64,000 nt of DNA from the human T2T-CHM13v2.0 reference genome, Homo sapiens, in NCBI RefSeq assembly GCF_009914755.1, contig NC_060928.1; one strand, given 5' to 3'. Under the pieces are notes generated by a model. That model worked only from the letters and a program-made list of their open reading frames with translations, searched no databases and had not been told where the DNA came from. Shown piece by piece: positions 40,931-61,419 of the stretch. The position numbers and the translations under genes were made by a program. Each line of letters begins with the position of its first letter. Positions within the stretch are counted from its first letter, which is position 1.

Positions 40931-41387
40931 TCATGTTGGCCTTATAGGTCATAATAAGCTTCTATTACATATTAAATAGAAAACCACTGAAGAGGGCTTT
41001 TCTTTTTTTTGGACAGGGTCTCACTCTGTCACCCAGGTTGGAGTGCAGTGGCTCAATTACAGTCACTGCAGCCTCAACCTCCCAGGCTCAAGTGATCTCC
41101 TAACTCAGCATCCAGAGTAGCTGGGGCATAGGCACAGGCCACCACGCCTAGCTAAGTTTTATATTTTTTGTAGAGACAGGATTTCAACATGTTGCCTATG
41201 CTGGTCTTGAACTCCTGAGCCCAAGTGATCTGCCTGCTTTGGCCTCCTAAAATGGGATTACAAGTGTGATCCACTGTGCCCAGACACCACTGAAGAGTTC
41301 TGAGCAAAATGCAGATGATATCTGACTCTCATTTTGACAGAACCACTCCATCTGTTGTGTTTTGAAAAACGAGAAACAGAAACACAG

Positions 41388-41748
41388 TGATATGGTTTGG
41401 CTGTGTCCCATCCCAAATTTCATCTTGAATTGTAACTCCCACAATTCCCATATGTCATGGGAGGAACCTGGTGGGAGGTGATTGAATTATGGGGGGCGGG
41501 CCTTTCCTGCACTCTTCTCATGATAGTAAACAAGTCTCACGAGATCTCATGGTTTTAAAAAGGGGAGTTTCCCTGCACAAGCTCTCTTCTCTTGTCTGCC
41601 ACCATGTAAGACATGCCTTTCACCTTCCGCCATGATTGTGAGGCCTCCCCAGACATGTGGAATTGTAAGTCCAATAAACCCTTTTCTTTCGTAAATTGCC
41701 CTGTCTTGGGTATGTCTTAAATTAGCAGTGTGAAGACTGACTAATACA
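41388..41748 (+). mobile_element. Solo THE1 LTR (THE1B-like) inserted into a minus-strand L2 (~40350-42170)
   Basis: tgatatggtttggctgtgtcc...gactaataca with a near-perfect 5-bp TSD cacag/gacag. Confidence 0.88.
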
Positions 41749-42157
41749 GACAGTTAAGAACCTGTTGCAATAATCTATTAACATACGAGATGATGATGGC
41801 CTAGAACAGGGAGGAGGCAGTGGGATAGTGAGAAGTGGTAGAATTTTGGATGTATCTTCAAGATAGTGCTTGCTGATAGATGACTGGACAGTGTGAGAAA
41901 AAGGGAAGCCAAGGATGAGTCTCAGAAGGATAGAACTGCCATTAACTGTTATAGGAAGGATCTCAAGAGAAGCAGAAATTCTGAAGATGTTGAATTTGAG
42001 GTGCCTTGTTAGACATCCCAGTGGAAATGCCCAAAAGACAGTCATCAGCATACAAGTAATGAGTCATGAGACCAGATGAGATCACCAAGTGAGTGAATGT
42101 CTAGAAAAGGAAATAATCCAGGGGCTAAGTCCTGGAGCATTCCAAGGATAAAAGTTA

Positions 42158-42367
<210 letters not shown>

Positions 42368-42414
42368 TCACGCCTATAATCCCAGCACTTTGGGAGGCCA
42401 TGGCAGGCGGATCA

Positions 42415-42910
<496 letters not shown>

Positions 42911-43140
42911 CTAGATAATTTCTCAGATTACAACTTTATCAGGAAGAAGCAGAAGGCTAAGAATTGTATGCTAAGTACTAAAAATGGGCCAGGTGTGGCA
43001 GCTCATGCCTGTAATCCCTGCACTTTGGGAGGCCGAGGCAGGTGGACTGCTTGAGCTCAGGAGTTCGAGACCAGCCTGGGCAACATGCAAAACCCTGTCT
43101 CTACAAAAAATACAAAAATTAGGCCGGGCATGGTGGCTCA

Positions 43141-43422
<282 letters not shown>

Positions 43423-43747
43423 TTAGCTGGGCATGGTTGTATGCTCCTGTAGTCCCAGCTACTCAGGAGGCTGAAGTGGGAGGATTACTGAGCCTGGAAG
43501 GTCAAGATTCAGTGAGCCCTGTTTGCTCCACTGCACTCAAGCCTGGGTGACAAAGTGAGACCCTGTCTCAAAACAAAACAAAAAACAAACAAAAACACCC
43601 CAAACCATATTCAGTGCCAAATGTTAAAGCCCAAATAGATTGTATAAATAAGAACATACAGGCCGGGCGCGGTAGCTCACGCCTGTAATCCCAGCACTTT
43701 GGGAGGCGGAGGTGGGTGGATCACTTGAGGTCAGGAGTTTGAGATCA

Positions 43748-44026
<279 letters not shown>

Positions 44027-45184
44027 CTAGCAGCTGCTTCTATGACTAAATGAATAAATGATATTTCTGATATCACAATGATTAAACACTGTTCTAAAAC
44101 AATGGAATAACACCTATGAAAAGGGGAAGAGTAAAAAAATAAGACAATGGAATATATACAAAATACAACTACAGAAATAAAAGGCAGAAATGAACGAAAG
44201 CAACCAATTTAAAAAAGTCAGAAGAGAATAAAACGTATTTCTTCAAGGCTTATTTCAATTCTTAAGAAGCCTCAAATTCCCACGATCCTAAAACATATAT
44301 TTAATTTTAAAAAATAACTTTTTCCAATTGAATAGTAGCACAATACTATCCAATTGAATAGTAGTATCTAAATATAAAGATAGCTACAAAATATGTTTTA
44401 TTATTTTAAGAAAAAAGTATAAGCTCACTGGAGAAAATTTAGAATATAAGAAAAATAATTCTATCCCTCACAGTAAACTACTGTTTAACCATTTAAAAGC
44501 CTAGCTCTCAGAAAGGATTTTTACCAACTGCTAAAAGAACTGGGGGGAAAGAAAAACTTGCCAATATGCCTAAATGAATGTTCAAAGTTTCACCTTTCTT
44601 TTTAGAGTTAGGAAGTGACATTTTACCCACAGGAATGACTATATTTGGTTATAGGCGGGGCTGGTTAAAGAGTCACAAAAGCCGCACATGTAATAAACAC
44701 GTGTTTTCCCATGGGGAGGTTCAATAAAATTATTTTCAACTAGGAAAACAGGTTTTAGCTTTACCTGTTGAGGCAAATATTTGAGCTGTACATTGTAGAT
44801 TAATGAATGCTACTGGAGAAGTAAAGAAGTCTGGAGGGAGGGAACCACCACCCATTGTCCTAACAATGCACATTTCTATTGCTTTCTTGTCTTGAAGGCA
44901 TATATATCACCCAAATGGACTAGGTTCCCACAAAATTTCTACTTTAGGCTAGGCACTGCACTAGCTCCCACTTCTCTAAGCTGTTATATCTGTGGAATTT
45001 GATGGGACACCCAGTACACAAAGTAATAAAAATCATAATGTATAACAAGTCTCTTTACAATTACCTTACTGCGTCTTGTTTCAGTTTCATATATATAATA
45101 AACAGGCAGCTCTGCTTCAGAGATGTTACGTATCAGCAACTAACCTACTAATAAATGCAATTTGGCAATATGTAAATAGCCTTA

Positions 45185-46196
<1,012 letters not shown>

Positions 46197-46329
46197 TATG
46201 CACACAAAGAATGTTTATTCAAGTGTTGTTTATAATAGCAAAAAATATATCAGCAACCTAAGGTTCTAGTAAAAGGAAATCATTTAAACGCTGGTGCTTC
46301 CCCACAATGAATTATTATTTAATTAATAA

Positions 46330-46422
<93 letters not shown>

Positions 46423-47089
46423 TGATCCTTCTGCCTCAGCCTCCCAAGTAGCCGGGACTCCAGGAGCATGACACCATGCCTGGCTCAATAAATAGTAAGA
46501 CAAATATATGTTGATATTTTATAAGTAGTGAAAAATAACATATACAATGTGATCCCATTTCTGTAAGTTTATATGAAATCTAATTATGCCAGGCTTCACC
46601 ATCTTGTGAATGTCATACTTTCCTTCTTGCAGTCTTCTGATACAAGACTGGATTGGTTTAAATACTATTTTACTAGTTCCCCTTAAAGCATCTCTCAAAA
46701 TATTTCTGAGTATCCTGAAAAAAGATGTGTCACATAATGGTCACTAAGTCTGTCACCTACATATACCATGCAATATTCATCTTCCTACTGATTCTCACTT
46801 TACCATCACTACTGCCCATAAAGCCATGTGGAGAAACTTCTCCACTGCCAAATTCTCTGATGCGCATGTTAATGTCAGAGCCAAAGGAATGAACTCCACA
46901 GGCACCCAAAGTTTCCACACATGGAAAAGAATGGCCTCCCCACCAAGAAGTTCTCAAGTGGCTGGGCATGGTGACTCACGCCTGTAATCCAAGCACTTTG
47001 AGAGGCCGAGGCAGAAGGATCACTTGATCCCAGGAGTTTAAGACCCATGTGGGCAACATGGGAAGACCGTGACTCTACAAAAAATTCTA

Positions 47090-47242
<153 letters not shown>

Positions 47243-48074
47243 TTAAAAAAAAATTTTTTTAAATTAAAGAAAAAAAAAGAATTCTCAAGCCTGCCAACAG
47301 ATGCAAATAGATGTTAGGGAGAGAGTGAATGGTTTGCGCAAGCAGCTTTGATGTCCCAGTTACACCTGCCCACAGTGCCCTGTTACAGACTTATTTGCCA
47401 AGAAAAAAAGACTAGGATATACCCGAATTTGTCAACAGTGGTTATCTTTAACTATTCTGGAAGTTCTTCTATTTTTTTTTTTTGAGACAGGGTCTCACTC
47501 CAGTCACCCAGGTTGGAGTGCAGTGGTGCGATCACAGCTCACTGCAGCCTCAACCTCCCCAGGCTCAGGTGATCCTCCCACCTCAGCCTCAGGAGTAGCT
47601 GGGGCTGCAGGCATGCACCACCATGCCCCACTAATTTTTGTATTTTTTGTAGAGACAGGGTTTCCCCGTGTTGCCCAGGGTAATCTCAAACTCCTGGACT
47701 CAAACGATCCACCGGCCTCAGCTTCCCAAAGTGCAAGGATTCCAGGTGTGAGCCACTGCACCCAGCCTTTTTTTTTCCTTATACTTATTTTATAATGTTC
47801 TGCAATAAGCAGGGTTTTTGAGGCATGAAAAAAATTTTAAGTTAAAAAATGAAATAGTCAAGTAGCAAATACATTACTGAGAACCATTTTCTTATTAAAG
47901 AGCAAACTATGAGAATAATTTCTTTTGTGCGTATGTGTCGCTTTTTTTTTTTTTTTTTTTTTGGTAACCACTAGAATAGGCAATGTAAGAATAAATTCTG
48001 ACAAATATTCACAGGCATCTGGCCTCTAATTCTGCCCCCAATGCCATCCTTCCTCCTGTCTCAGTGGTACTTAC

Positions 48075-48123
48075 ATTCCTGAAGACACTCTGTGTCTGTG
48101 CAGTAGGACTGGGACTGCCGTAA
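48075..48123 (-). CDS. SMIM14: SMIM14 internal coding exon, 49 nt (LRQSQSYCTDTECLQE+T); the ATG exon lies right of the window
   Basis: Acceptor cttccctttcttattcattgtag| and donor |GTAAGT. The trailing T joins TA of the next exon to give Leu, keeping frame. Confidence 0.93.
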
Positions 48124-48720
48124 CTACAATGAATAAGAAAGGGAAGTTAGTGATTAGACTTAAACAAAAGTGGACCATAATTATTAGAAAGATCATGTTT
48201 TGGCCGGGTGCGGTGGCTCACGCCTGTAATCCCACACTTTGGAGGCTGAGGTGGGTGGATTGTTTGAGCTCAGACATTCAAGACCAGCCTGGGTAACACA
48301 GCAATACCCCATGTCTACAAAAAATACAAAAATTAGCCAGGTGTGGTGGTGTGTGCCTGTAGTCTCAGCTATTAGGGAGGCTGAGGTGGGAGGATCACTT
48401 GAGTCTGGGAGGCAAAGGTTGCAGTGAACCAAGATGGCACCATTGTACTCCAGCCAGGGTGACAGAGCGAGACCTTGTCTTAAAAAAAAAAATCATGTTT
48501 TCTTTTGTTTTTTTGAGACAGGGTCTCACTCTGTTGCCTAGGCTGGAGTGCAGGGGTGCAATCCTAGCTCACTGCAGCTTCAAACTCCTGGGCTCAAATG
48601 ATCCTCCTGCCTCAGCCTCCTGAGTAGCTGGTACTACAGGTGTGTGCCACCATGCCTGGGTAATATTTTAAAAATCACTTTGTAGAGATGGGGGTCTTAC
48701 TATGTTGACCAGTCTAGTGA

Positions 48721-48883
<163 letters not shown>

Positions 48884-49819
48884 TAGCTGGGATTACAGGC
48901 ACCCGCCACCACACCCAGATAGTTTTTTTGTATTTTCAGTAGAGATGGGCTTTCACCATGTTGTCCAGGCTGGTCTTGAACTCCTGACCTAAAGTGATCC
49001 ACTTGCCTCGGCCTCCCAAAGTGCTGGGATTACAGGCATGAGCCACCATGCCCGTGACCCATGTTTTGGTTTTTAATGAATGCTGTCACAGAACGTATCT
49101 TCAAAATCATACACAAACACAGAATACTCTGAGGGGCTGTCTACTTTTTTTCCTACCCAAAATAATTTTCAAATATACTGTGATCTGTTACAACTGACCC
49201 ATTTCATTAAATAATTTTAAAAAAATCACCCATGACACAAATTCTTGCTGCCAATATATAATTAGGCATCCCAAAGGGAAAGTGCTAAACTGTAGAGAAC
49301 TAGAAGAGTAAACCTTTGTTAAAGAGATTTTTCTTCTCATTGAAAATTAGAAGCAGATAAAGAAAAAAAAACCAGATTCTATTTGTAGAAAATGCATCTT
49401 TGAAAGGAAGCATAAAGAATCAGTGGTTGGATAGATAAGAAACTAATAAAAGGAGTTACCACAAGGAGTGAAGGTACAATGGGGGAGTAGAGAAGAGTGA
49501 CAGAAATAGGAGCTGAAGTTTTCAATGTCTGTCTTTTTATATAATTTTAGAATCATGTGATTATCAATTTTAAAAAGAAAGTTAAAAAAGAAAAGTCCCA
49601 TCTATCTATATTATAAGCCATCCTTTTATAAGCATACAACCTATGCTGAGACCTTTTACGATGTTTAAAAACGAAAATCTCATAAACCTTAAAATAGAGA
49701 TGAATAAATAGTAAAGACAATGAGGGGCATATAACTTTCCAAGTTAGTCTTATTACTAACTACACCCTCTCCATTAGAGTAGTAATCCACACTTGGAATT
49801 GTTTGGGACGGCAACTATG

Positions 49820-50380
49820 GTGCAGTAGTGCTTAGATGGTTCAGCATGGCTCTGCAGAATGACAGGCCTAGATTTAAAGTCTGGTTCTGCAACTTTCTTT
49901 TTTTTTTTTTTTTTTTTTCTTTTCTCTTCTTAGAGACGGAGTCTCGCTCTGTCGCCCAGGCTGGAGTGCAGTGGCGCAATCTCGGCTCACTGCAACCTCT
50001 GCCTCCCGGGTTCAAGCAATTCTTCTGCTTCAGCCTCCCTACAGGTGCATGCCACCATGCCCGTCTAATTTCTTTTGTATTTTAGTAGAGACAAGGTTTC
50101 ACCATGTTGCCCAGGCTGGTCTCAAACTCCTGAGCTCAGGCAATCTGCCCACCTCAGCCTCCCAAAGTGCTGGGATTACAGGCGTGAGCCACAGCACCTG
50201 GCCCTGCAACTTTCTAAGTTTCAAGACCTTGGGGCAAGTAATTTAACACCTCTAAGCTTCAGTTTCCTCGTCTGGTAAAATGAGGATATAATATCACCTA
50301 TATCTAAGAGTACTAGTGAGAATTAAAATGGATAACAAATGTGAAATGCAGTAATGACTCAAGAAATGTTAGCTTTTATT
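49820..50380 (+). mobile_element. MIR split by an Alu (49895-50203)
   Basis: MIR core gaccttggggcaagtaatttaac.cctctaagcttcagtttcctc.tctg.taaaatgaggat. The Alu has TSD ctgcaactttct. Confidence 0.75.
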
Positions 50381-51366
50381 ACTGTGCCATACAAATTATG
50401 ACTTCAACTAAACAACTATTGGAATTAACAACTAAACGAATCATTTTGTAAATTATTCTCTAAGATGATCAGGCTTGCTTTGGTGTATACTACTAAAAGT
50501 AGTCCTGTTTGGAGCCAGGCCCGGTGGCTCATGCCTGTAATTCTAGCACTTTGGGAAGCCAAGGCAGGAGGATAGCTTAAACCTAGGAGTTTGAGACCAG
50601 CCTGGGCAACATGCTGAACCTCTCATCTCTACAAAAAAATAGAAAAATTAGCCAGGCCTGGTGGTAGTAGACCTTGTTTCAAAACAAAAACAAAACAAAA
50701 CAAAAAAACTAGTCTTGTTTTAATAAGAACGAGAAAATAGTTTTTTTTTTTTTTTTTTTTTTGAGACAGAGTTTCACTTTGTTACTCAGGCTAGAGATGA
50801 GTGGCGCAATCACAGCTCAAAGCAATCCTCCTGCTTCAGCCTCCCAAGTAGCTGGGACTACAGACGCCACATTTTTGTATTTTTTGGTAGAGATGGGATT
50901 TTATCATATTGCCTAGGCTGGTCTTGAACTCCTGAGCTCAAGCGATCTGCCAGCCTACGCCTCCCAAAGTGCTGGGATTACAGGCATGTGCCACCAAGCC
51001 CAGTGAAGAAAACAGATTTTTTTAAAAAATTAATTTTAATGAAATAGAAACAGGGTCTATGTTGCCCAGGCTGGTCTCGAACTCCTGAGCTCAAGCAATC
51101 CACCCACCTCAGCCTCCCAAAGTGTTGCGATTACAAACAGTCATGAGCCACCATGCCCAGCCAGATCTTAATGTAAAAATATGCTGTATATCTTAACCCT
51201 TTCTAAATATGAAAGGAGTGAATCAAAAAACTCTTACTAAAATTACACATTCTTATTTTGTTTTTAAGATAGGGTCTTGCTCTGTTGCCCAGGCTAGAAT
51301 GCACTGGCACAATCTTGGCTCACTGCAATCTCTGCCTCCTGGACTCAAGCGATCCTCCTACCTTAG

Positions 51367-51791
<425 letters not shown>

Positions 51792-52304
51792 TGATCCACT
51801 TGCTTCAGCCTCCCAAAGTGCTGGGATTACAGGCGTGAGTCACCATGCTTGGTCTTTTTTTTTTTTCTTTCTTTTTATATAACACGTTCTACAAAGCTTC
51901 TGGAATGAACACATATTTTTTAAATGTCAGAGACCCATGCAGAGAATGAAAATAGCATGGTATGACAGAAGGGCAGTTGAGTAGCCACTTTAAATTAGGA
52001 AGACAGAGGCAGTGACACTTAAGTGCTATTTACAAGATAGTAAAGATCAAGGGTAGGCACATTTCAGGCAAAGTACATGACTAGGAGGTCCCTAGGTGAC
52101 AAGGTGCCCTGCCTGTGAGTCAGTATCAAGGAACCAAAAGGCCACTGTGGTTGAAGCGTCTGAGACATGTTACTTAGCTGCTGCATGTAGTTAACCTCAG
52201 AACCAAATGCTCTCTACAAAGGCTCAGATCATCACAATGTCATGTTGTAATTTCTCTGACTGCCTCCAACTCTAAGACCTACCAATGTATATAACTTATA
52301 CCTA

Positions 52305-52313
52305 TGTGTGTGT

Positions 52314-52378
<65 letters not shown>
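52305..52378. repeat. Compound microsatellite (TG)n(TA)n(T)n at an Alu tail
   Basis: tgtgtgtgtgtatgtgtg, then ~12 TA units, then more than 30 T. Confidence 0.9.
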
Positions 52379-52379
<1 letters not shown>

Positions 52380-52380
52380 A

Positions 52381-52695
<315 letters not shown>

Positions 52696-53002
52696 TAGGA
52701 ATATTTTTTCCATTATATAATATTTGATATATTTGAATACAAACATATTTTAACACAAATGTTAAAATTAGCACTTTGGGAGGCCAAGGCAGGTGAACAT
52801 GACCAGTGTTTTTCTTCAGCACTAATCTCTCCTCCTTCCACCAGGAGGAGGAGGAGGAGGCTTCCCTTTGATGCTAAGTAATGTACAATTTTTCCTGCTA
52901 TATGAGTATCTATAGAACCAATTACTCACACACAATTGGTAATTAGAGAAATTATGCCAGTTTAATATGGAAGGTGTGTTGGTTCATAAGTGTTTCTCCT
53001 AG

Positions 53003-53356
<354 letters not shown>

Positions 53357-54915
53357 TAAAGTGCTGGGATTTAGGTGTGAGCCACTGTGCTTGGCCTCCT
53401 TTCAGTTTTAAATGAAAAATGAGTGCCTTTGTACACGTACTCACAAACACAATCAAGAATGAAAGAAATTATCAGGAGCCTGGCTAAGAGAAGCAACTTC
53501 ATCTTAGACCAAGCTACGGTAAGTCTTTGGGACATCTTGCCAAGAGCTGGTGTTGGATCCTGCCCTTCTGTGGCTTGACGGCTACATTCCTCATATTCAC
53601 AAACAGGCTATGCTCTAGGCTCTGAATAATGAAATGCCGAAGTACCACAACCATATTCCTAGTCCAGGACTTAAGGTTTTTGGCAAAGCAGAGTGTGCTG
53701 GAATGTATATTCAATGTGTTGAATTCAAACACCTACAATGGGTAAATCGTAGTCTTTTAAAGCATTCAAAAACCATGTGTCCAGTATCCAGTAAAACAGG
53801 AGAATTTTAGTTCTGGGAATTTTGTTTGTTTTTTAAGAAACAAGGTCTTCTCTGGTGCCCAGGCTGAAGTGCAGCAGCACAATCATAGCTCACTGCAGCC
53901 TACACTTCCCAGGCTCAAGCAATCCTCCCGCCCCAGGCTCCCAAGTAGCTGGTACCACAGGTGTGTGCTACCACACCCAACTTGAGAATCTCACAGTTTT
54001 GATGCAACTCTTAAGCAGAGAGGCCTAATTTACAATGTATCTCAATTTTCTCTTGACTTACTTGGAGAAAACATTGGTACCACTGATGTTGATTTTGTCT
54101 ACTCCAAAGGGAAACAATTTGTAAAAACAACAATTAGAGAAAAACCAAAGATAATACCCACAGTATCTATAGAAATATAGACTTTAAATATCTTCTATAT
54201 TATAGTAATGTGGGGATGGGTGCCACATGTGGACAGTTTACTGACAGTAGTTGCTGTCCAGGAAACCATTCATGTTAACACTGATGCCAAGAAAGAAGTA
54301 AAAGTAGAGTTCGATCTCCCCATCTAAACAAGGATGGTCGTGAAAGTTCTTGAGGTGAGGAAACTTCAAAATAGCAGAGAATGGGCTGGGCACGGTGACT
54401 CACGCTTGTAATCCCAGCAATTTGGGAGGTCGAGGCAGGTGGATCGCCTGAGGTCAGGAGTTCGAGACAAGCCTGGCCAAAATGGTGTAACCCTGTCTCT
54501 ACTAAAAATACAACAATTAGCCAGGCGTGGTGGCGCACACCTGTAATCCCAGCTACTCGGGAGGCTGAGGCAGCAGAATCGCTTGAACCTGGGGAAATGG
54601 AGGTTGCAGTGAGCCGAGATCATACCACTGCACTCCAGCCTGGGCAACACAGTGAGACTGTCAAAAAAAAAAAAAAAAAGCAGAGACTGCATAATATGAG
54701 TAAAGCAGTAATAGAATAATATGAGTAGAATAATATGAAGTAGTTATTTCTTCAGTGGGAGAAGAGGCAGAATAAAAAGAGATTAAAACACATAAAAGGC
54801 CGGGTGCAGTGGCTCATCCCTGTAATCCCAGCATTTTGGGAGGCTGAGGTGGGAAGATCGCTTGAGCTCAGGAGTTTGAGAACAGCCTGGGCAACATGGA
54901 AAGACCCCATCTCTA

Positions 54916-55182
<267 letters not shown>

Positions 55183-55185
55183 CTA

Positions 55186-55555
<370 letters not shown>

Positions 55556-56140
55556 TTAGGGGGAAATGTAGATCAAAGAAGATTCTAATGACAACAAGTG
55601 GACAAATGTAGCTTCCATGAGGAAACTTAGGCTGGGGAAATTCTTCGAAAAAAAATTACAAAGAACAAAAAATCTCTCTCTAGAGTTACTGAAACATACC
55701 TAAACAAGAACTTAATTGCTATTCTTTAACATCTGCTCAAGAACCTCATATGTGTTGGAGATGTTCTTCTTTCTCATTCAACAGAGCTGCCAATGAACTG
55801 ACAAACAGTGAGGTACAAAAATGTGGTTAAAAAATATTTTGTGTGTGGTTTTATTATTATTATTATTATTATTTTGAGACAGGGTTTCACTCTGTCACCC
55901 GAGCTAGTGTAGTGGCTTGATTACAACTCACCTCAGCCTTGACCTCCCAGGCTGATGTGATCCTCCCACCTCAAGCCTCCTGAGTAGTGGGGACCACAGA
56001 TGCATGCCACCAACACCTGGTTTTTAAATTTTTATTTTTGTAGCGACAGTCTCCCTATGCTGTCCAGGCTGTTCTCCAACTTCTAGGCTCAAGGAATCCT
56101 CCCACCTTGGCCTCCCAAAGTGCTGGGATTACAGGTATAA

Positions 56141-56438
<298 letters not shown>

Positions 56439-57357
56439 TGATCCGCCCACCTCAGCCTCTCAAAGTGCTGGGATTACAGGTGTGAGCTACCGCACCCAGC
56501 CCCTGTCTCTGTTTCTAAGGCAAAGTTTCAAACTATGAAAAAGATAAACACAACCTATTATCAACCTTAAATTCACCATGAGGATTAAGTGATATAATTA
56601 AATATATAAATAAAATATTAATGTACATAAAGAACTCAGCTCATGGCCCACAGAATTTTTTCACATCATTGCAATATTATAGCTAATATCACGTGCTTAA
56701 TTAAGAAAGTGTCTTAACAGAACTCTAGTGTTTCCTAATGAGCATAATTTATTGTACATCATCCTAGAACTTATCCTTAATCTTCAATTTGGCCTTTCTG
56801 CTTAAGAAGGAAAAAAACCTTTAAAATACCTTAGTCTTTAATATTTTGGATTTTAGTATTATTTATATTGTGCATTTTTCTCTATACTGTCCAACAAAAT
56901 GTTTTTTAAATATTTTATGCCTAAACATTTTATATTCTCCCTCTAAAATTCAAATGTTTAAGTTCCTTCTCTATTAATGAGCAGATCTGCCTGTTAACAA
57001 TGGAGTTTTACACAGTTTGTCTCTTCACTTTAACCAGAACCTGAAATCATATTTTTGCTTTTGTTTTTGCAGGCTACTTAATTATCATAACTTCTTAGGA
57101 TCATCAGAATTAAAAGACACACACACAGATTTCCACTGGTTAACTTTAACTCAGTAGGTGTCTTTTCTTTTTTCGTTTTTTTCCTTTTCTTTTTCTTTTT
57201 TTTTTTTTTTTTTTTTTTTGAGACAGGGTCTTGATCTGTCACCCAGGCTGGAGTGCAGTGGTGTGATCTAGGCTCACTGCAACCTCTGCACCCCCACCCA
57301 CCCCCTACCCCAGCACCAAGCTCAAGTGACGATCCTCAGCCTCCCTCAGCCTCCTGA

Positions 57358-57734
<377 letters not shown>

Positions 57735-57985
57735 TAGAAGAGACAGGGTTTCTCCATGTTGGTCAGGCTGGTCTCAAACTCCCGACCTCAGGTGATCTGC
57801 CCGCCTCGGCCTCCCAAAGTGCTGGGATTACAGGAATGAGCCACCGCGCCTGGTCTAGCAAATGTCTTTTCTTAGATAAACTATAACAAACACACTGGAA
57901 GAAGAGTACCCTCTGAAACCTAAAGGTTATTATCACTTTGCCTACAGTATCTGTGTTGTCTGGCTTCCCCCATAACTTGTATTTA

Positions 57986-58366
<381 letters not shown>

Positions 58367-58788
58367 TTATAGAAAAAGACCAGCTTTATATTCCAGTTGT
58401 ACTGGTCCACCAGTAGCTAAATTCTACTTCAGTATTCATTTAAATGGCATTTGTGTTTCACCTTTAATTTTTTATTTTTATTTATTTATTTTTGCAACAG
58501 AGTCTCGCTCTTTTCACCCAGGCCGGATTGTGGTGGCAAGATCTCAGCTCACCACAACCTCCGCCTCCCGGGTTCAAAATTCTCGTGCCTCAGCCTCCCA
58601 AGTAGCTGGGATTACAGGCACCCACCATCACACCCAGCTAATTTTTATATTTTTAGTAGTTCAGGGTTTTGCCATGTTGGCCAGGCTGGTTTTGAACTCC
58701 TGATCTCAGACGTTCCACCCGCCTCAGCCTCCCAAAGTACTGGGATTACACGCGTGAGCCACCGCATCCAGCCGTTTTGTTTTTTTAA

Positions 58789-59046
<258 letters not shown>

Positions 59047-59944
59047 TAAGATTACAGGTGTGAGCCAACTTGCCTGGGCTATTATTCTAACTGGTTTTAA
59101 GTATTCCGATAATCAGCTTCAGGTCATTCATTCCAAATTGGGGTTTGGAAACATAGTCACAAAACGAGGGAGGCTGTATTACAGATCCAAAGATCTAGAA
59201 GGAGCCCAACATGGAAAATAAAACATAAAGCCCCTATAAAAATAACGCAAACATGACCTTCTTTCTAATGTGGCTCCCTATTGTTCTAGTTGTTATGGAT
59301 AAAGCAGTGAACAAAATGGACAAAATCCCACCATCCAATGATAACCATTCTGTTACCATTTTAGTTAATGTGTTCCACATACGTGTACACATTTTTCTAA
59401 CACAGTATATATGATGGCACAGATTTTACAAGATAAGACCCTGAGTTATTTTGCTCTTTCTGCCACACTTACCAATCAGTCACAAACTGATGCCTCCAAA
59501 TAGCTCAAACTTATCTTTCAATGCTGCACCAGTATTTCATTTAATTTCATCATTTCCAAATTTATATATGAAAAACAATGCTGTGTATATGTTCCTATAA
59601 ATACATTCTTACACACCTGATTAATCTCCTCAGGGAAGAATTGCTAGAACACAAGTATGCACACTGTAAGTTTTGATACACATAGCCAAACTACAATAGG
59701 AGAATTTTTTTTAATGATGAAATACAAATACAGTACGTTCAATTCAAGTCTTCCTGGATAATCACATCTCTGCAGAAGCCCAGTGTTTCAACTGGGAAAC
59801 CAGCTAGAACCTAATACTACATCTGATCACATTTTGATTAAGTAACATCTCTATGCAGTACTCCATAATGAAAATAATTTGGACTAGGCACAGTGGCTCA
59901 CACCTGTAATCCTCGAACTTTGGGAGGCCAAGGCAGGTGGATCA

Positions 59945-60235
<291 letters not shown>

Positions 60236-60278
60236 TTAGGAGGCCTAGGTGGGCAAATTGCTTGAGCCCAGGAGTTCA

Positions 60279-60524
<246 letters not shown>

Positions 60525-60867
60525 CTACAAATAATCAGGTTAAAGGCAAATCTAAATATATTTTGAATGTCTAACACTAATAGGTTGGGCTACTTTGCCT
60601 AAATGATATGCAGGTTGAGCAACCACTCCAGATTTTCTCATATACTTTCCCCAGCTCTACAAAGCACATTCTGAATTTGAGTTTACTTTATTGAACCAAA
60701 AATGATGCAATTTACTGTCATTAAAGACATAACAGTAAATGCATAGCCATACCCTATGAAACAGTTTATTTCAATTATATATAAAAGTATATAAGTGCCT
60801 AGAAATGTGACTAAAAGGTCCACAAACTTAATGTGACCTCTGACAAAACAAGTAATAGTGGCCATGA

Positions 60868-61104
<237 letters not shown>

Positions 61105-61419
61105 TGAGTAGCTGGGATTACAGGCGTGCGCCACCATGCCCAGCTAATTTTTGTATTTTTAGTAGAGACGGGGTTTCTCCATGTTGGTAAGTCTGGTCTC
61201 GAACTCCCGACCTCAGGTGATCTGCCCGCCTTGGCCTCCCAAAGTGCTGGGATTACAGGCATGAGCCACCGCGCCCAGCCTACTTCTATTATTAAAAGAA
61301 AAGACAGAGAATTCCAATACTATGACACTGCTAAAAAGGAGCCTGACTTTGATTTGCTAATATCAAAAGATTAAAGTGAAGATGTACGAAGTGGGAAAAA
61401 AAAAAGTTGCAGAAATGTA